This document shows, one piece after another, positions 34,298 to 44,567 of a stretch of 51,542 nucleotides of DNA (its first letter is position 1; every line of letters starts with the position of its first letter). The notes under the pieces are model-generated. The model had not been told where the DNA came from. It made no database searches and saw only the letters and a program-made list of their open reading frames with translations. Both the position numbers and the translations under genes were made by a program. Source of the DNA: an uncultured Planctomycetaceae bacterium (lineage in GTDB: Bacteria; Planctomycetota; Planctomycetia; Pirellulales; UBA7805); assembly GCA_964385715.1 (NCBI GenBank), contig CAYLRE010000004.1, positions 1 through 51,542 of the forward strand, written 5' to 3'.

Positions 34298-35721
34298 GTC
34301 TGTGGAAGATTGCCTGGCGAAGCATTCAACAGCGAGCCCTGTCGTCGTGGCTGACCGGGCTGTCGATGGCGCTCGGCGTGGCGCTGGTGGTGATCGTGGT
34401 GGTCATCAACAGTTTCACGCAGCAATTTTTTGGGGACGCGGCCCAAGGTTACCATCTGATCGTCGGTACCAAGGGTGGTAAGACGCAGCTAGTGCTGAAC
34501 ACCGTGTTCCACATGAGTCAGTCGCTGGAACCGATGCCGTGGAGCTACTACCAGGAGTTCGTCGGTGAAGACGGTAAGTTCTCCAAGCGCGTCGAGCAGG
34601 CAATTCCGTACTGCCTGGGCGATACCTACAAGGGCTTTCGCTGTGTGGCAACGATTCCGGATCTGTTCGACAACAACCCCTACACTTGGGACAAGAAAGG
34701 TAACCCGACGTACTACACTTTTCGCGAGGGTCGTAACTTTCGCGACGCGCTCTCGGTTTCGCGGAATGAGTTTGAAGCGGCGGCCTTCGAGGCGGTGGTC
34801 GGTTCGGTGGCGGCCAAGCAGACCGGGCTGAAGATCGGCGACCGCTTCGCCATTACCCACGGTGTGGAGGGACACTCGCACGACGAAGATCAGTTTACGG
34901 TTGTGGGTATCTTGAACCCGACCGGTACCCCCAACGACCGGGGTGTGTTCATCAACATGGAAGGTTTCTATCTGCTGGGTGGTCACGCGCTCGATGAGAA
35001 GAAGCCGGTTGAGAACAAGACCGACACTCACGAGGATGCGCACGCACACGGCGACGAACATGCCCATGAAGATGACCATGAGCACGAGGACGGGCACGCT
35101 CACGACCATGGCTCGCACGCCCATGGTTCCCGACGCCCGTTGGCCGACTATCGCCGGGAGGTGACGTCGATCATGGTACGGATGTCGGGCAGTGATCCGA
35201 CGATGGCCGTGCTAAATGCCGGGGCCATGGCGAAGGAAATCAATGAAGGTCGCGACGCTCAAGCGGTGTTTCCTTTGCGTGAAGTAACGCTGCTGTTGAA
35301 TATGTTCGTAGCGCCGCTGCGGTGGGTACTACTCGCCTTGACGGTGGCGATTGTGATCGTCGCCTGCATCGGTGTGATGGTCAGCATCTACAACTCGATG
35401 AGTGAGCGGACGCGCGAGATTGCCGTGATTCGCTCGCTGGGGGCCGGTCGCGAAACGGTGATGGCGATCGTGCTCTTGGAGTCGATGATGTTGGCGCTGT
35501 TCGGCGGGCTGGCCGGAATCGTGCTCGGACACGGCGCGATCGGTCTGTTCGCCCCCTGGGTTGCCAGCGAACTTGGCTTTCCGCTGGAGTGGCTTCACTT
35601 CAGCTGGCTGGAACTCGTTCTGGTTCCGAGTCTGATTGTGCTGGCCGCGGGTGCCGGTTTCTTGCCCGCCTTTACGGCCTATCGCACAGATGTGGCCAAG
35701 GCTCTAAGCGCTGCCCCGTAG
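34294..35721 (+). CDS. ABC transporter permease (MacB/FtsX-like) with His-rich loop
   Basis: TM1, large extracytoplasmic domain and three C-terminal TMs (ERTREIAVIRSLGA). His/acidic insert at about 35029-35124. ATGA overlap with the ATPase. Confidence 0.9.
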   Translation: MSLWKIAWRSIQQRALSSWLTGLSMALGVALVVIVVVINSFTQQFFGDAAQGYHLIVGTKGGKTQLVLNTVFHMSQSLEPMPWSYYQEFVGEDGKFSKRVEQAIPYCLGDTYKGFRCVATIPDLFDNNPYTWDKKGNPTYYTFREGRNFRDALSVSRNEFEAAAFEAVVGSVAAKQTGLKIGDRFAITHGVEGHSHDEDQFTVVGILNPTGTPNDRGVFINMEGFYLLGGHALDEKKPVENKTDTHEDAHAHGDEHAHEDDHEHEDGHAHDHGSHAHGSRRPLADYRREVTSIMVRMSGSDPTMAVLNAGAMAKEINEGRDAQAVFPLREVTLLLNMFVAPLRWVLLALTVAIVIVACIGVMVSIYNSMSERTREIAVIRSLGAGRETVMAIVLLESMMLALFGGLAGIVLGHGAIGLFAPWVASELGFPLEWLHFSWLELVLVPSLIVLAAGAGFLPAFTAYRTDVAKALSAAP

Positions 35722-35853
35722 CCCGTTGGATTGCCGCCTCGGTTTGCCCCGCCAGGGGCTGCGCGAATACGATAGAATCGATCGTGCTAACCGCTGCGCA
35801 GCAGGAAGCGATTGCGCAAGGGAAGAAAACTCCGCGGCGAGTGTGAATCGTTC

Positions 35854-36099
35854 TTAACCGCGGACGCGTCGCGGAATGGTGAACGAATAGAGCAGAACCA
35901 CGGCTCCGGCAGCGAGTAGGCTGAAGGGAGCCCAGGGTGGCGGGTTGAATTCGCGGCGATTTGAAAAAACCGCTTCCGAGAACCAGCTGGCTGGCTTGAG
36001 CATGCGAGATTCTTCCAGGAAGGCCTTCTCGATGAACAGGAACTCGACCCCGACGATCAAGAGACAAAGGCCCAAGGCCAAGAACAGTGCGCGAATCAT
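35854..36099 (-). CDS. Small two-TM hypothetical membrane protein
   Basis: 81 aa with two hydrophobic helices (RALFLALGLCLLIVG; WAPFSLLAAGAVVLLYSF). Fills the gap between convergent and divergent neighbours. Confidence 0.7.
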   Translation of the reverse strand: MIRALFLALGLCLLIVGVEFLFIEKAFLEESRMLKPASWFSEAVFSNRREFNPPPWAPFSLLAAGAVVLLYSFTIPRRVRG

Positions 36100-36247
36100 G
36101 ACTAAATCCTCTTCTCTACGATGGTCCGGGAGTTTGTGCCTGGCCAGCTCTCAAGAGCGGCGGCAGCGACCATCTGCTTTCAATATCGTCGCCCGGCGGT
36201 GGTCGACTGAAGAGCAGGCGGCACTCGCCGTTCGCTTGGCATTCCGA

Positions 36248-37363
36248 ATGCGCCGGTTAATCGGCGCCCGCGCGCCGGCTGTGCGGTTCGGTTGGATCGT
36301 GACGGTGTGCGTTGTAACGGCGCTGGTCGGCTTGGCCTGTTGGACTTCGCCCGCGGCGCAAGCGCAGCCGTTAGAGGACGTAGCGGAAGACAAGCAGCGG
36401 CAAGCAGCCCGAGCAACGCTACAGCGTGCAGGGCTTTCAGAGGTCGACGACCGCTGGATGTTGTCGGGAGAACTGCGACTTCGCCATCAGCTTGCTTCCT
36501 TTCAGCGGTGGCGCGTCGATGCGAGCGCTGCCCAGACGCAAGTGAACCGCTTGATCGCCGAGCAAAACGAAGTCCGTGGCGAATACGACCGGCTTATTTC
36601 TCGCCGCGAGAAACTGCAAAACTCGCCACCGCCGAATCTCAATCAGGACCAAATCGACGATCGCGTGGGGAAGATGACCGAGCGAATTGATGAGCTGGGA
36701 AATCAAATTGCCTCGCCCGCGGAATTGGCCGGGCGCGCGACCATGCGGAAGGAATTGATCCGCATGCTGAGTGCTTGCAATCGAATCATTCTGTTACGTT
36801 TCACGGCCGGAATGCGTCTCCGGCGGCTGACTCCGGAGTACGAACGGCTTGCCCTAGATCCGGCGGTGACCGCTTCGCTAGAAGTATTAGAGGCACGGGA
36901 ACTGCTGGGTGGGGGATCCGATTATGCCAACGAGCAAGAACGGCTCCTGAAGATCGCTCGCCAGGTGATGATTCCGCGTTGGCCGGTTTACGGACAGAAT
37001 GGCAAGTGGCGGACGAGTGTGATCCTCGAAGAGCAGCACCCGACCACGGTAACGATCTTTGAGGATACGCCCGAGCGGCCCTATCCCGCCTGGTTGCCGG
37101 CGAGTGTCTTGGAGGCGGCGGGAATCAAAATTCCCGCCGATGCCGCTCATCTACACCTAACGCTGCCTGGTGGCCGTCAGGTTCCCACACGCGTGATCCG
37201 CCTCGCCTATCTGCGGTTCGGAGGCCATCGTCTGGGAGGAATCGAAGTCCTGGCCCTATCGCCGGAGGATGAGGACCTGGGCGGCCAGATTAGTCTCGAA
37301 CTGCTCAAGAAGCACGGTCTTAGCCTCGACACCGACCAGCTGCCGGCCATCTTGCGAAAGTAG
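36248..37363 (+). CDS. Exported coiled-coil protein with degenerate retropepsin-like C-terminal domain
   Basis: Signal peptide ending AAQA-QP, helical coiled-coil middle region, and C-terminal LPGGRQVPTRVIRLAYLRFGGHRLGGIEV. Start uncertain. Confidence 0.6.
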   Translation: MRRLIGARAPAVRFGWIVTVCVVTALVGLACWTSPAAQAQPLEDVAEDKQRQAARATLQRAGLSEVDDRWMLSGELRLRHQLASFQRWRVDASAAQTQVNRLIAEQNEVRGEYDRLISRREKLQNSPPPNLNQDQIDDRVGKMTERIDELGNQIASPAELAGRATMRKELIRMLSACNRIILLRFTAGMRLRRLTPEYERLALDPAVTASLEVLEARELLGGGSDYANEQERLLKIARQVMIPRWPVYGQNGKWRTSVILEEQHPTTVTIFEDTPERPYPAWLPASVLEAAGIKIPADAAHLHLTLPGGRQVPTRVIRLAYLRFGGHRLGGIEVLALSPEDEDLGGQISLELLKKHGLSLDTDQLPAILRK

Positions 37364-37660
37364 CGTGCCTGGCGTTGCGGGTCGTGTCTTGTGACCGCAG
37401 AAGGTCCCGGTACGATCGGGTTGCAAGCTGCAGTTTCTGTGCCACGAGAGTCGGCCTGTATCGGCAGTAGGGAGCGTGGCGCGCGGGTGGAGCGAATTTG
37501 GCACAAGTCACCCGTGGCGGAGTGATCTCGCGTGTGGAGAGCATCCGATGCTAAGGATTAGCGAAGGCAAGGGCATCGTAGGTGTTGTTCGCCCGAATCA
37601 CGGCACTTATAATTCCTTGCAGCATCGAGTCCTTCACCCGGTACTTCACCACGGCGGAGC

Positions 37661-39385
37661 GTGAGAGGTTTGGCGGACCGTCCCAAGATTCTGCTGGTTT
37701 CTGACGGAGAACACTGCAACACGCCAGTGTGTGCCTATCTCCGCGAACACTTTGAGGTCATCGAAGCATCGACACCTTTGGGTGGATCCGTCCGCCTCGA
37801 TCGCGAACCGTGCGATGGTGTTTGGATCACCTCTTCTCACCTCGATAATCTGGCCCAGCTCGGACAGTTGCTTCAGAATCATCGAATTCTGAAGAACATG
37901 CCAGACGGCGTGGTGGTGCTCGACAGCGACAATCGCATTGTGCTGCACAACGCGAGATTCGCCAGTTGGTGCGACTCGGACCAACTCATCGGTGAGAACT
38001 TCTACAGCGTCCTGTCCGAACCCGAGATTCTTGGCCCGGACTACTGTCCGTTCCATACGGCGCTTTCGACGGGACACACCAGCACGTCGACGTTACGTGT
38101 CGGTGACAGCCAGTACCTGCAGATCAATGCAACTTCGATCGAAGAAAACGAGACCACGCCGCGTCAGCTGATCGTCTCGATTCGCGACGTTACGACCGAT
38201 TACCTTCAACAACAGAAGCTGGCCGCCATTCATCAGGCGGGTATCGAACTTTCGGATCTTTCGCCGGACGACCTGGTGAACATGTCGATTGGCGACCGGG
38301 TCGAGCTGTTGAAGTCGAATATCCTGCACTTCACGAAGGACTTGCTGAACTTCGACGTGGTGGAGATTCGTATGCTCGATGTCGACAGTGGGCGTCTCAC
38401 TCCACTGTTGACGTTTGGTATGGAGCCGGAAGCCGCTTCTCGCGAACTCTACGCCAAGCCACAGGACCACGGTGTCACCGGATTTGTTGCTGCCACAGGC
38501 AAGAGCTACCTCTGTGAAGACACGGTCGAGGACCCGCTCTATCTGACGGGAGCCTCGGGAGCCAAGAGTTCGCTGACGGTACCGCTGATTCTGCACGACG
38601 AAGTCGTGGGCACCTTCAACGTGGAGAGCACTGAGCCGCGGGCCTTCCATGAGAGCGACCTACAGTTCCTGGAGATTTTTAGCCGTGACGTGGCGGTTGC
38701 GCTGAACACGTTGGAGCTGCTGAGTGTCGAAAAAGCGAGTTCGACCGTACAGAGCATCGAGGCGATTCACACCGCCGTGGCGCTGCCCATCGATGATATT
38801 CTCAACGAAGCGGTCAACGTGATGGAACGCTACATCGGCCACGAACCGAAGGTGGTCGAGCGATTGGAAAAGATTCTGCGAAACGCGCGGGATATCAAAC
38901 AGGTGATCCAGAAAGTTGGCCAGTCGATGACGCCCAGCGAGGCGGTTCCCGACGGCTTGCAGGCAGAGAAGCGTTCGGCCCTGGCATCGCGGCGGATTCT
39001 CGTGGCCGACGAGGACGAAAGCGTTCGCAGCGCGGCTCACGCGCTACTCGAGCGATTTGGCTGTATTGTCGAAACTGCCCACGATGGCACCGAAGCCCTC
39101 TCGATGGTTCGCAACATCAGTTCACTGGGCCACTACGACGTGGTGATTGCCGATATTCGGCTGCCAGACATGAACGGCTACGAGCTGCTGCTCAAGTTGA
39201 ATGAGCTGGAAGACGCCTCGCCGTTGATCTTGATGACCGGCTTCGGTTACGACCCGGGACACTCGATTGTCAAAGCTCGTCAGGCAGGACTTAAAGAAGT
39301 GCTTTACAAACCGTTCCGTCTCGATCAGCTATTGGAAACGGTGGAACGAGTGCTCGATACGCAGGACACTGTCCGCCAGGGATAA
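37661..39385 (+). CDS. PAS-GAF-receiver signalling protein without a HATPase domain
   Basis: PAS (MPDGVVVLDSDNRIVLHN..IRDVT), GAF (GVTGFVAATGK..SSLTVPLIL..VGTFNVES..FHESDLQFL) and receiver (ILVADED, VIADIRLPDMNG, LMTG, YKPF). Confidence 0.85.
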   Translation: MRGLADRPKILLVSDGEHCNTPVCAYLREHFEVIEASTPLGGSVRLDREPCDGVWITSSHLDNLAQLGQLLQNHRILKNMPDGVVVLDSDNRIVLHNARFASWCDSDQLIGENFYSVLSEPEILGPDYCPFHTALSTGHTSTSTLRVGDSQYLQINATSIEENETTPRQLIVSIRDVTTDYLQQQKLAAIHQAGIELSDLSPDDLVNMSIGDRVELLKSNILHFTKDLLNFDVVEIRMLDVDSGRLTPLLTFGMEPEAASRELYAKPQDHGVTGFVAATGKSYLCEDTVEDPLYLTGASGAKSSLTVPLILHDEVVGTFNVESTEPRAFHESDLQFLEIFSRDVAVALNTLELLSVEKASSTVQSIEAIHTAVALPIDDILNEAVNVMERYIGHEPKVVERLEKILRNARDIKQVIQKVGQSMTPSEAVPDGLQAEKRSALASRRILVADEDESVRSAAHALLERFGCIVETAHDGTEALSMVRNISSLGHYDVVIADIRLPDMNGYELLLKLNELEDASPLILMTGFGYDPGHSIVKARQAGLKEVLYKPFRLDQLLETVERVLDTQDTVRQG

Positions 39386-39437
39386 CCCTCCGTTATTCCC
39401 TTTTTTGGGGCCGCGCCTTCGCGACAAGGATGTCTCC

Positions 39438-40649
39438 ATGGATTCGATGATCTGGGAGCCGATTGACATTAGTGGCATGTTCCTGGAGTCGCTGGCGATT
39501 CTCGCCGCCTTGTTCGGGCATATGTCGTTGTGGGTCGTGGCGTTCAACAATCTTCATGCCAGACGGATGCCATTCTGGTCGGTGCAAGCGACCTCCATTG
39601 TTTGTTACCTGTCTCTGGTAACCATCCCGTTCGTTTACCTTTATTGGTATCTCACGGGATATGGTCCGCTTCACAAGGTGAACGTGTTCGCTACCGGTCG
39701 CTTGGTCGACGGCTATGTATGGGTTTGCTGGGCGTTCACGCTGTTTGTGGTGCTCTATCGTTTCCGCTGGATTGGTGATCGGGCCAACTCGCCGATCCGT
39801 TCAAACTACACGTCTCGCCGAGACATGCTTGAGCAGATGGGGGCACGCTACGACGGTCCCGCTTGGGTGAAATCGCTAGCCCACGTTCCGGGCAATCAAA
39901 TCTTTGATTTGCAGGTTCACGATCTGGAGCTTGAGATCGCCAATCTGCCGCAGAGCCTTGACGGCTTGTCGATCGCCCATCTGTCCGACTTTCATTACAC
40001 GGGGGACATTGCCAAAGCGTTCTTCGAAGAGGTGATCGACGTCACGCTCGCCATGGAGGCCGATTTGATTGCCATCACAGGCGACTTGGTCGACAAAGCG
40101 CGGTGCTTCGATTGGATCGACGACACCTTCGGCCGGTTGCACGCTCCCGCAGGCGTGCACTACGTCCTCGGCAATCACGACGAACGGGTTGATGTCCACG
40201 AACTTCATCGTCGGCTTGCCGCCTGCGGGCTCAATCACATCGGCGCTCGCTGGCAGGAGATTACTGTGCGCGATCAGAAGATTGTCATCGCCGGCAACGA
40301 GTTGCCGTGGTTTGTGCCGGCGGCTGATCTGGAAAACGCACCACCGAAGAACGCCAACGGCGAGCCGTTACGAATCGCATTGGCCCATTCGCCCGATCAG
40401 TTCTATTGGGGACAATCGCACCAGATCGATCTGATGTTGGCCGGCCACACGCACGGTGGCCAGTTCCGATTTCCGCTGATCGGGGCGATTGTCTCGCCAT
40501 GTTTGGAGGGAACGCGATTTGCGATCGGAACGTACTACCGCTCGCCAACGGTAATGCATGTTAGCCGTGGGCTCTCTGGTACGACTCCGGTACGTGTCGG
40601 ATGTCCGCCGGAACTGACGCGGATCGTGCTTCGCACTCCGCTGTCGTAG
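39438..40649 (+). CDS. Membrane-anchored calcineurin-like metallophosphoesterase (YkuE/YaeI-like)
   Basis: N-terminal TMs, then HLSDFH, TGDLVD, LGNHD, LAHSPD and AGHTHGGQ. Start moved to ATG 39438, which follows AAGGA. Confidence 0.9.
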   Translation: MDSMIWEPIDISGMFLESLAILAALFGHMSLWVVAFNNLHARRMPFWSVQATSIVCYLSLVTIPFVYLYWYLTGYGPLHKVNVFATGRLVDGYVWVCWAFTLFVVLYRFRWIGDRANSPIRSNYTSRRDMLEQMGARYDGPAWVKSLAHVPGNQIFDLQVHDLELEIANLPQSLDGLSIAHLSDFHYTGDIAKAFFEEVIDVTLAMEADLIAITGDLVDKARCFDWIDDTFGRLHAPAGVHYVLGNHDERVDVHELHRRLAACGLNHIGARWQEITVRDQKIVIAGNELPWFVPAADLENAPPKNANGEPLRIALAHSPDQFYWGQSHQIDLMLAGHTHGGQFRFPLIGAIVSPCLEGTRFAIGTYYRSPTVMHVSRGLSGTTPVRVGCPPELTRIVLRTPLS

Positions 40650-40687
40650 AAAGGGCGACGCAACGTCTGGGCGTTGCTGCGGCGCTG

Positions 40688-41452
40688 TTAGCGCTTCTCA
40701 AGTTCCACGCAGATGCCGCCCGCCCGGAGTACCTTGTGCATACGGGTGAACCAGAGTTCCTGTCGCACGTGTAAATTCAGCTCGCGACAGGTTTCAATGA
40801 GTTCTTTTCGATTGTAGGTGCGGCAGCACCAGATGCGGCTCGTCCAGGCGCCGCCGAAGTTGTCTTCGGTGGTGAACAACAACATGCGTCCGCCCGGCTT
40901 CATGACACGGGAAAGCTCCGAGAGTCCGGTCTTTGCTTCCGGCAGATGTTCAAGAACGTAGCCGCAGGTCACGCAGTCGAATGATTCGTCGGCGAACGGC
41001 AAGTGAGCCAGATCAGCCGTGACGAACTTGGGACGGTCCGACTTGAGCCGCTTGCGAGCACGCTGCAACATCGTGGTCGAAATATCGATGCCGGTGATGC
41101 TCGCCTCGGGGTCCGCATACTTGAGCAGATGGCCAACGATCTGCCCGGCACCGCTGCCAACGTCCAAAATATCTCGGCAACCGTGTAGGTCGAACTGTCG
41201 TTTCTTGAGTAGGCGTTCTCCGAGCGTGAGGTGCCCGGAGATGCGACTGCACTTGGCCAGCAAGGCACCTTTAGGACCGCCGTAAACCTCTTGCACCTTG
41301 TCACGGTATTTGTCGTAGCTGACGCGGCGAATCAGGTCGTTTTCCAGCAGACCGTTGATCGCCTTCTTCTTGCCTGGACGATCTGTCCGTTCGCGGCGAC
41401 GGGAGCCGGGCCGAGGTGGCCGTTCTCGTGGCGAGAGGGTGTCTGAGCTCAT
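40688..41452 (-). CDS. Class I SAM-dependent methyltransferase
   Basis: ILDVGSGAG, GIDIS, ADLAHLPFADESFD and LSELSRVMKPGG. Confidence 0.9.
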   Translation of the reverse strand: MSSDTLSPRERPPRPGSRRRERTDRPGKKKAINGLLENDLIRRVSYDKYRDKVQEVYGGPKGALLAKCSRISGHLTLGERLLKKRQFDLHGCRDILDVGSGAGQIVGHLLKYADPEASITGIDISTTMLQRARKRLKSDRPKFVTADLAHLPFADESFDCVTCGYVLEHLPEAKTGLSELSRVMKPGGRMLLFTTEDNFGGAWTSRIWCCRTYNRKELIETCRELNLHVRQELWFTRMHKVLRAGGICVELEKR

Positions 41453-41589
41453 GGATACCGCCTAAGGGACATGCCTGCCGTCTTTATGTTCCAGCGATGC
41501 TACATCGCAATCACGACTGGAAATGATTGGTTTGACTCGCGCCGCCGTCGAAGAAGAGATCTCGCGATTTTCGGCACCGGCCATGGCTA

Positions 41590-43581
41590 CTAGAGATAAA
41601 CGCGACGATTGTAGATATACCACTCAAGGAGCAAAACAACCAGCCCCAGGGCGACTAGCCACTTCCAAATCTCACGCCGAGTCGGCTGCCATGACGTGCC
41701 TGCGGTGACCTCGACATGCCCCAATTGGACGGTTACGTCGGGAAGGGTTCGATTGTCGCTTTCCGCGGAATCGAACAGGTTTACGGCAAATTGTTGGACC
41801 AACTCGTCTCCATCAAAAATCTGATAGATGCCAACTTCGCGGGTGTCGGTGAATTCATACTGGTTCTGCCGATTGCGACGAACTGTCTGCTTCTGTTTAC
41901 TCGGATCGACTACCGTGAGCTCGTCGCCGAGCGACGCCCCACGAAGCTGATAGGTCCGGCCAGGGGGAATGCTGCTCGACGAGTTGTCCGCTTCGGCGCC
42001 GCCTAGATAAGTCAGCATCTCCTTGATGAACACCGGGTAGCTCCATCGTGTTGGCCAGTCGGTGTTACTCCAGAGTTGGCCTTCTTCTTCAATCAGTCCC
42101 AACGAGAAGCCGAGCACCGCGTCTTCAAATCCGTCTCTCGGCGCGATCGCAAAGACCGGCCCTTCGGCGGCGTCGATCAGATTCACGCCACCTGAGGGAC
42201 GCTGAACGACGGTTGCGTGATAGATGGCCACGTCACTCAAATCCAAGAGGCTCATCAGCGGATGTGTCGTCTCGGTATCGATAATCTGCACGCCGGTGGT
42301 AATCTTCTCGCCCAGCTTCCAGCGACCGTCTGGCGGCAGCGCGTTGATGAACAAGGTGTTGCAGGCGGGCAGCGTTTTCGGCCGGCATTCGTCGAAGATG
42401 ATCAGGTTGTATAAACCGCCGGCAGCCGCGGTTTTGAATTCTTCCGTATCCATGTGTGCGGGATCGGCTAACTCGATTTCCGCCAACTCGGCCGCGGCGT
42501 CACTTTCGAAAGCCCGTTCCAAAGCATCGTTGCCCTTGCTGATGAACAACACTCGTTGCGGTTCGGGGCGATTAATCACGGTCCAGGCGTGGTCGTCGAC
42601 CGCGAGCGTGTCGGTTGAATTGACCCGCAGTTCCAGCACGCCGGTCTCGACATCGTCGCGAGAGAAATCGACGTGACCGAAGCCGCCTGCTTCGATGGTG
42701 ATATCGGCTGCGTCGACCAAGAAACCGTCGAGCAACAACTCCGCTCGCACGGTGATCTCTTCCGGCGAGTAGTTCTGAATCTTGCCGAAGGTGTGGATCA
42801 TGTCGGGCCGATCTTCGTGCCGGCCGGTGGAGAAGTTGACGATCGCCACGTTCTTCGTCTGCGGGTCGCCGATCGACTCGAGCTTTGGCTCCAAGTTGCC
42901 CAGGGCGAAATCGGAAACGGTCGAGAAGCGGAAATCGCTGTAGACCTCGAGCGTCGCCGGCACCGCTTCAGCCGCCGCCAAGTCGGTGCTCCCCTCGAAA
43001 CCGGATCGACCGGGATTCGCCAGCCCCGAAGCGAGCCGCAGGGCGTCGAGAATCGACGTCGGTTGGTTGGTTGGCTGGATGCTGGCCAGTTGTCGCTTCA
43101 GCTCCGGCCGATTGCCGGTGTACTGCTGCACGACCTGGGCCGTGTCGCTGAAGCTGATGATCATCGCCGTGTCGCCCGACTTCATATTCGCGATTGCGTC
43201 CGCAACGCGACGCTTCGACTCTTCGAGTCGGGTGCGTTTGCCCTCGTCGGCATCCTTGGTTTGCATGCTGGCGGAATTGTCGATTAAGTAGATCGTTCGT
43301 TGTTCACTCATCGCGTCGTCTCGCCAGCTGAAGTTCAACAGCGCCAGCAAGATAATCAAGAGCAACAGCAACTGAAGCAGCAAGAGAATGCTACGACGTA
43401 GCCTTTGCCAGAGACTGTTGACGTGCAGATCCTCGATCGACTTTTTCCACAGGTAGGTGCTGGGAACTTCCAGTGGAACCCGTTTGAGTTTGAGGAAGTA
43501 GAGCGCAATGACGACCGGCGGCAAGAGGCCCAGGACGACCCATTGCCAGGCAGGGAGCAGGTTGGTCAGCTGTGGCCACAT
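41590..43581 (-). CDS. BatA N-terminal domain + VWA domain membrane protein
   Basis: LYFLKLKR..VPSTYLWK BatA motif, MIDAS IDNSAS, and C-terminal EIWKWLVALGLVVLLLEWYIYNRR. Confidence 0.88.
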   Translation of the reverse strand: MWPQLTNLLPAWQWVVLGLLPPVVIALYFLKLKRVPLEVPSTYLWKKSIEDLHVNSLWQRLRRSILLLLQLLLLLIILLALLNFSWRDDAMSEQRTIYLIDNSASMQTKDADEGKRTRLEESKRRVADAIANMKSGDTAMIISFSDTAQVVQQYTGNRPELKRQLASIQPTNQPTSILDALRLASGLANPGRSGFEGSTDLAAAEAVPATLEVYSDFRFSTVSDFALGNLEPKLESIGDPQTKNVAIVNFSTGRHEDRPDMIHTFGKIQNYSPEEITVRAELLLDGFLVDAADITIEAGGFGHVDFSRDDVETGVLELRVNSTDTLAVDDHAWTVINRPEPQRVLFISKGNDALERAFESDAAAELAEIELADPAHMDTEEFKTAAAGGLYNLIIFDECRPKTLPACNTLFINALPPDGRWKLGEKITTGVQIIDTETTHPLMSLLDLSDVAIYHATVVQRPSGGVNLIDAAEGPVFAIAPRDGFEDAVLGFSLGLIEEEGQLWSNTDWPTRWSYPVFIKEMLTYLGGAEADNSSSSIPPGRTYQLRGASLGDELTVVDPSKQKQTVRRNRQNQYEFTDTREVGIYQIFDGDELVQQFAVNLFDSAESDNRTLPDVTVQLGHVEVTAGTSWQPTRREIWKWLVALGLVVLLLEWYIYNRRVYL

Positions 43582-44474
43582 CAGCGAACGAGCCCCTGTC
43601 TGCGAAGGAGGTTGAGCACCATTTCCTCGACGGGCGTCTGGTTGCGTACCAGGGCGTATGACATGCCGCGTCGGGAGCAGAACTCCTTGGCTCCACCGAC
43701 GAAGGCGGAGAGTGTTTGCTGATATCGCTTGAGCAGAGGTGCACTGGCTGTGATCTCGGCCACGTCGGCATCTTCACAGTCGACGAGACGCAGGTCGCCG
43801 GTGACGTCCGGTTCTAGTTCCTCTTGTGAAAGGACGTGCAGCACGTAGACGTCCATCTGCTGGGCCATCAGATATCGTAAGGCCGACTCGTAACCCTCCT
43901 TGTCCATCAAGTCGGAGATCAGCACGACGATGCCTTTTCCGCTGTTGCGGAGACAGAAGTTGCGCACGCCTTCGTGAAGTGATGCGGTTTCGCCAGGCTC
44001 GATGCCCTCCAGGTATTGCTGCATGCGCCACAGGCTGCGGCGACCTCGCAGCACCGGTCCGGGGGCGTGCGACGGTTGGCCGAGCGTTTCGATACGGACG
44101 CGATCGGAGCGAACGAGGCCGACGAAGCCGAGTGCCGCCGCGAGCTGCTTGGCGTATTGCAGCTTTGTCGGATCGCCGAAGTCCATCGACGCACTGGCGT
44201 CAATCAAGGCGTAGAAGTGCAAGTCCTCTTCTTCCAAGAAGAGTTTCAGAAACAACTTGTCGAGCCGAGCGTAGGTGTTCCAGTCGATGAAGCGGATGTC
44301 GTCGCCCGGCACGTAGGTGCGGAAGTCGGCAAACTCGACGCTCTGGCCTTTGCGCGGACTGCGGCGCTCGCCTTTCATCTGGCCACGGTAAATCTTGCGA
44401 CTCACCAGCTCCAGGCGTTCTAAGCGCGTGAGCAGTTCGGGATTCAGCAAAGGGGCGTCAGCGGTCGACATCAA
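43581..44474 (-). CDS. DUF58 domain-containing protein
   Basis: GERRSPRKGQSVEFADFRTYVPGDDIRFIDWN, IDASASM and VLISD. Confidence 0.93.
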   Translation of the reverse strand: MMSTADAPLLNPELLTRLERLELVSRKIYRGQMKGERRSPRKGQSVEFADFRTYVPGDDIRFIDWNTYARLDKLFLKLFLEEEDLHFYALIDASASMDFGDPTKLQYAKQLAAALGFVGLVRSDRVRIETLGQPSHAPGPVLRGRRSLWRMQQYLEGIEPGETASLHEGVRNFCLRNSGKGIVVLISDLMDKEGYESALRYLMAQQMDVYVLHVLSQEELEPDVTGDLRLVDCEDADVAEITASAPLLKRYQQTLSAFVGGAKEFCSRRGMSYALVRNQTPVEEMVLNLLRRQGLVR

Positions 44475-44567
44475 GCTGGCTTAGTTCTCTCTTGATAGGA
44501 CGTTACTCATGAAACGATTGGAAAGGTCTTGGCAAGCGCGCGAGGCGGTCGGCACGGCGAGGGACGC

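Noticed and set aside
40688-41452. Assigning the methyltransferase to lipid N-methylation or quinone synthesis
   Set aside because: Only generic class I motifs are visible, so the substrate cannot be supported from sequence.
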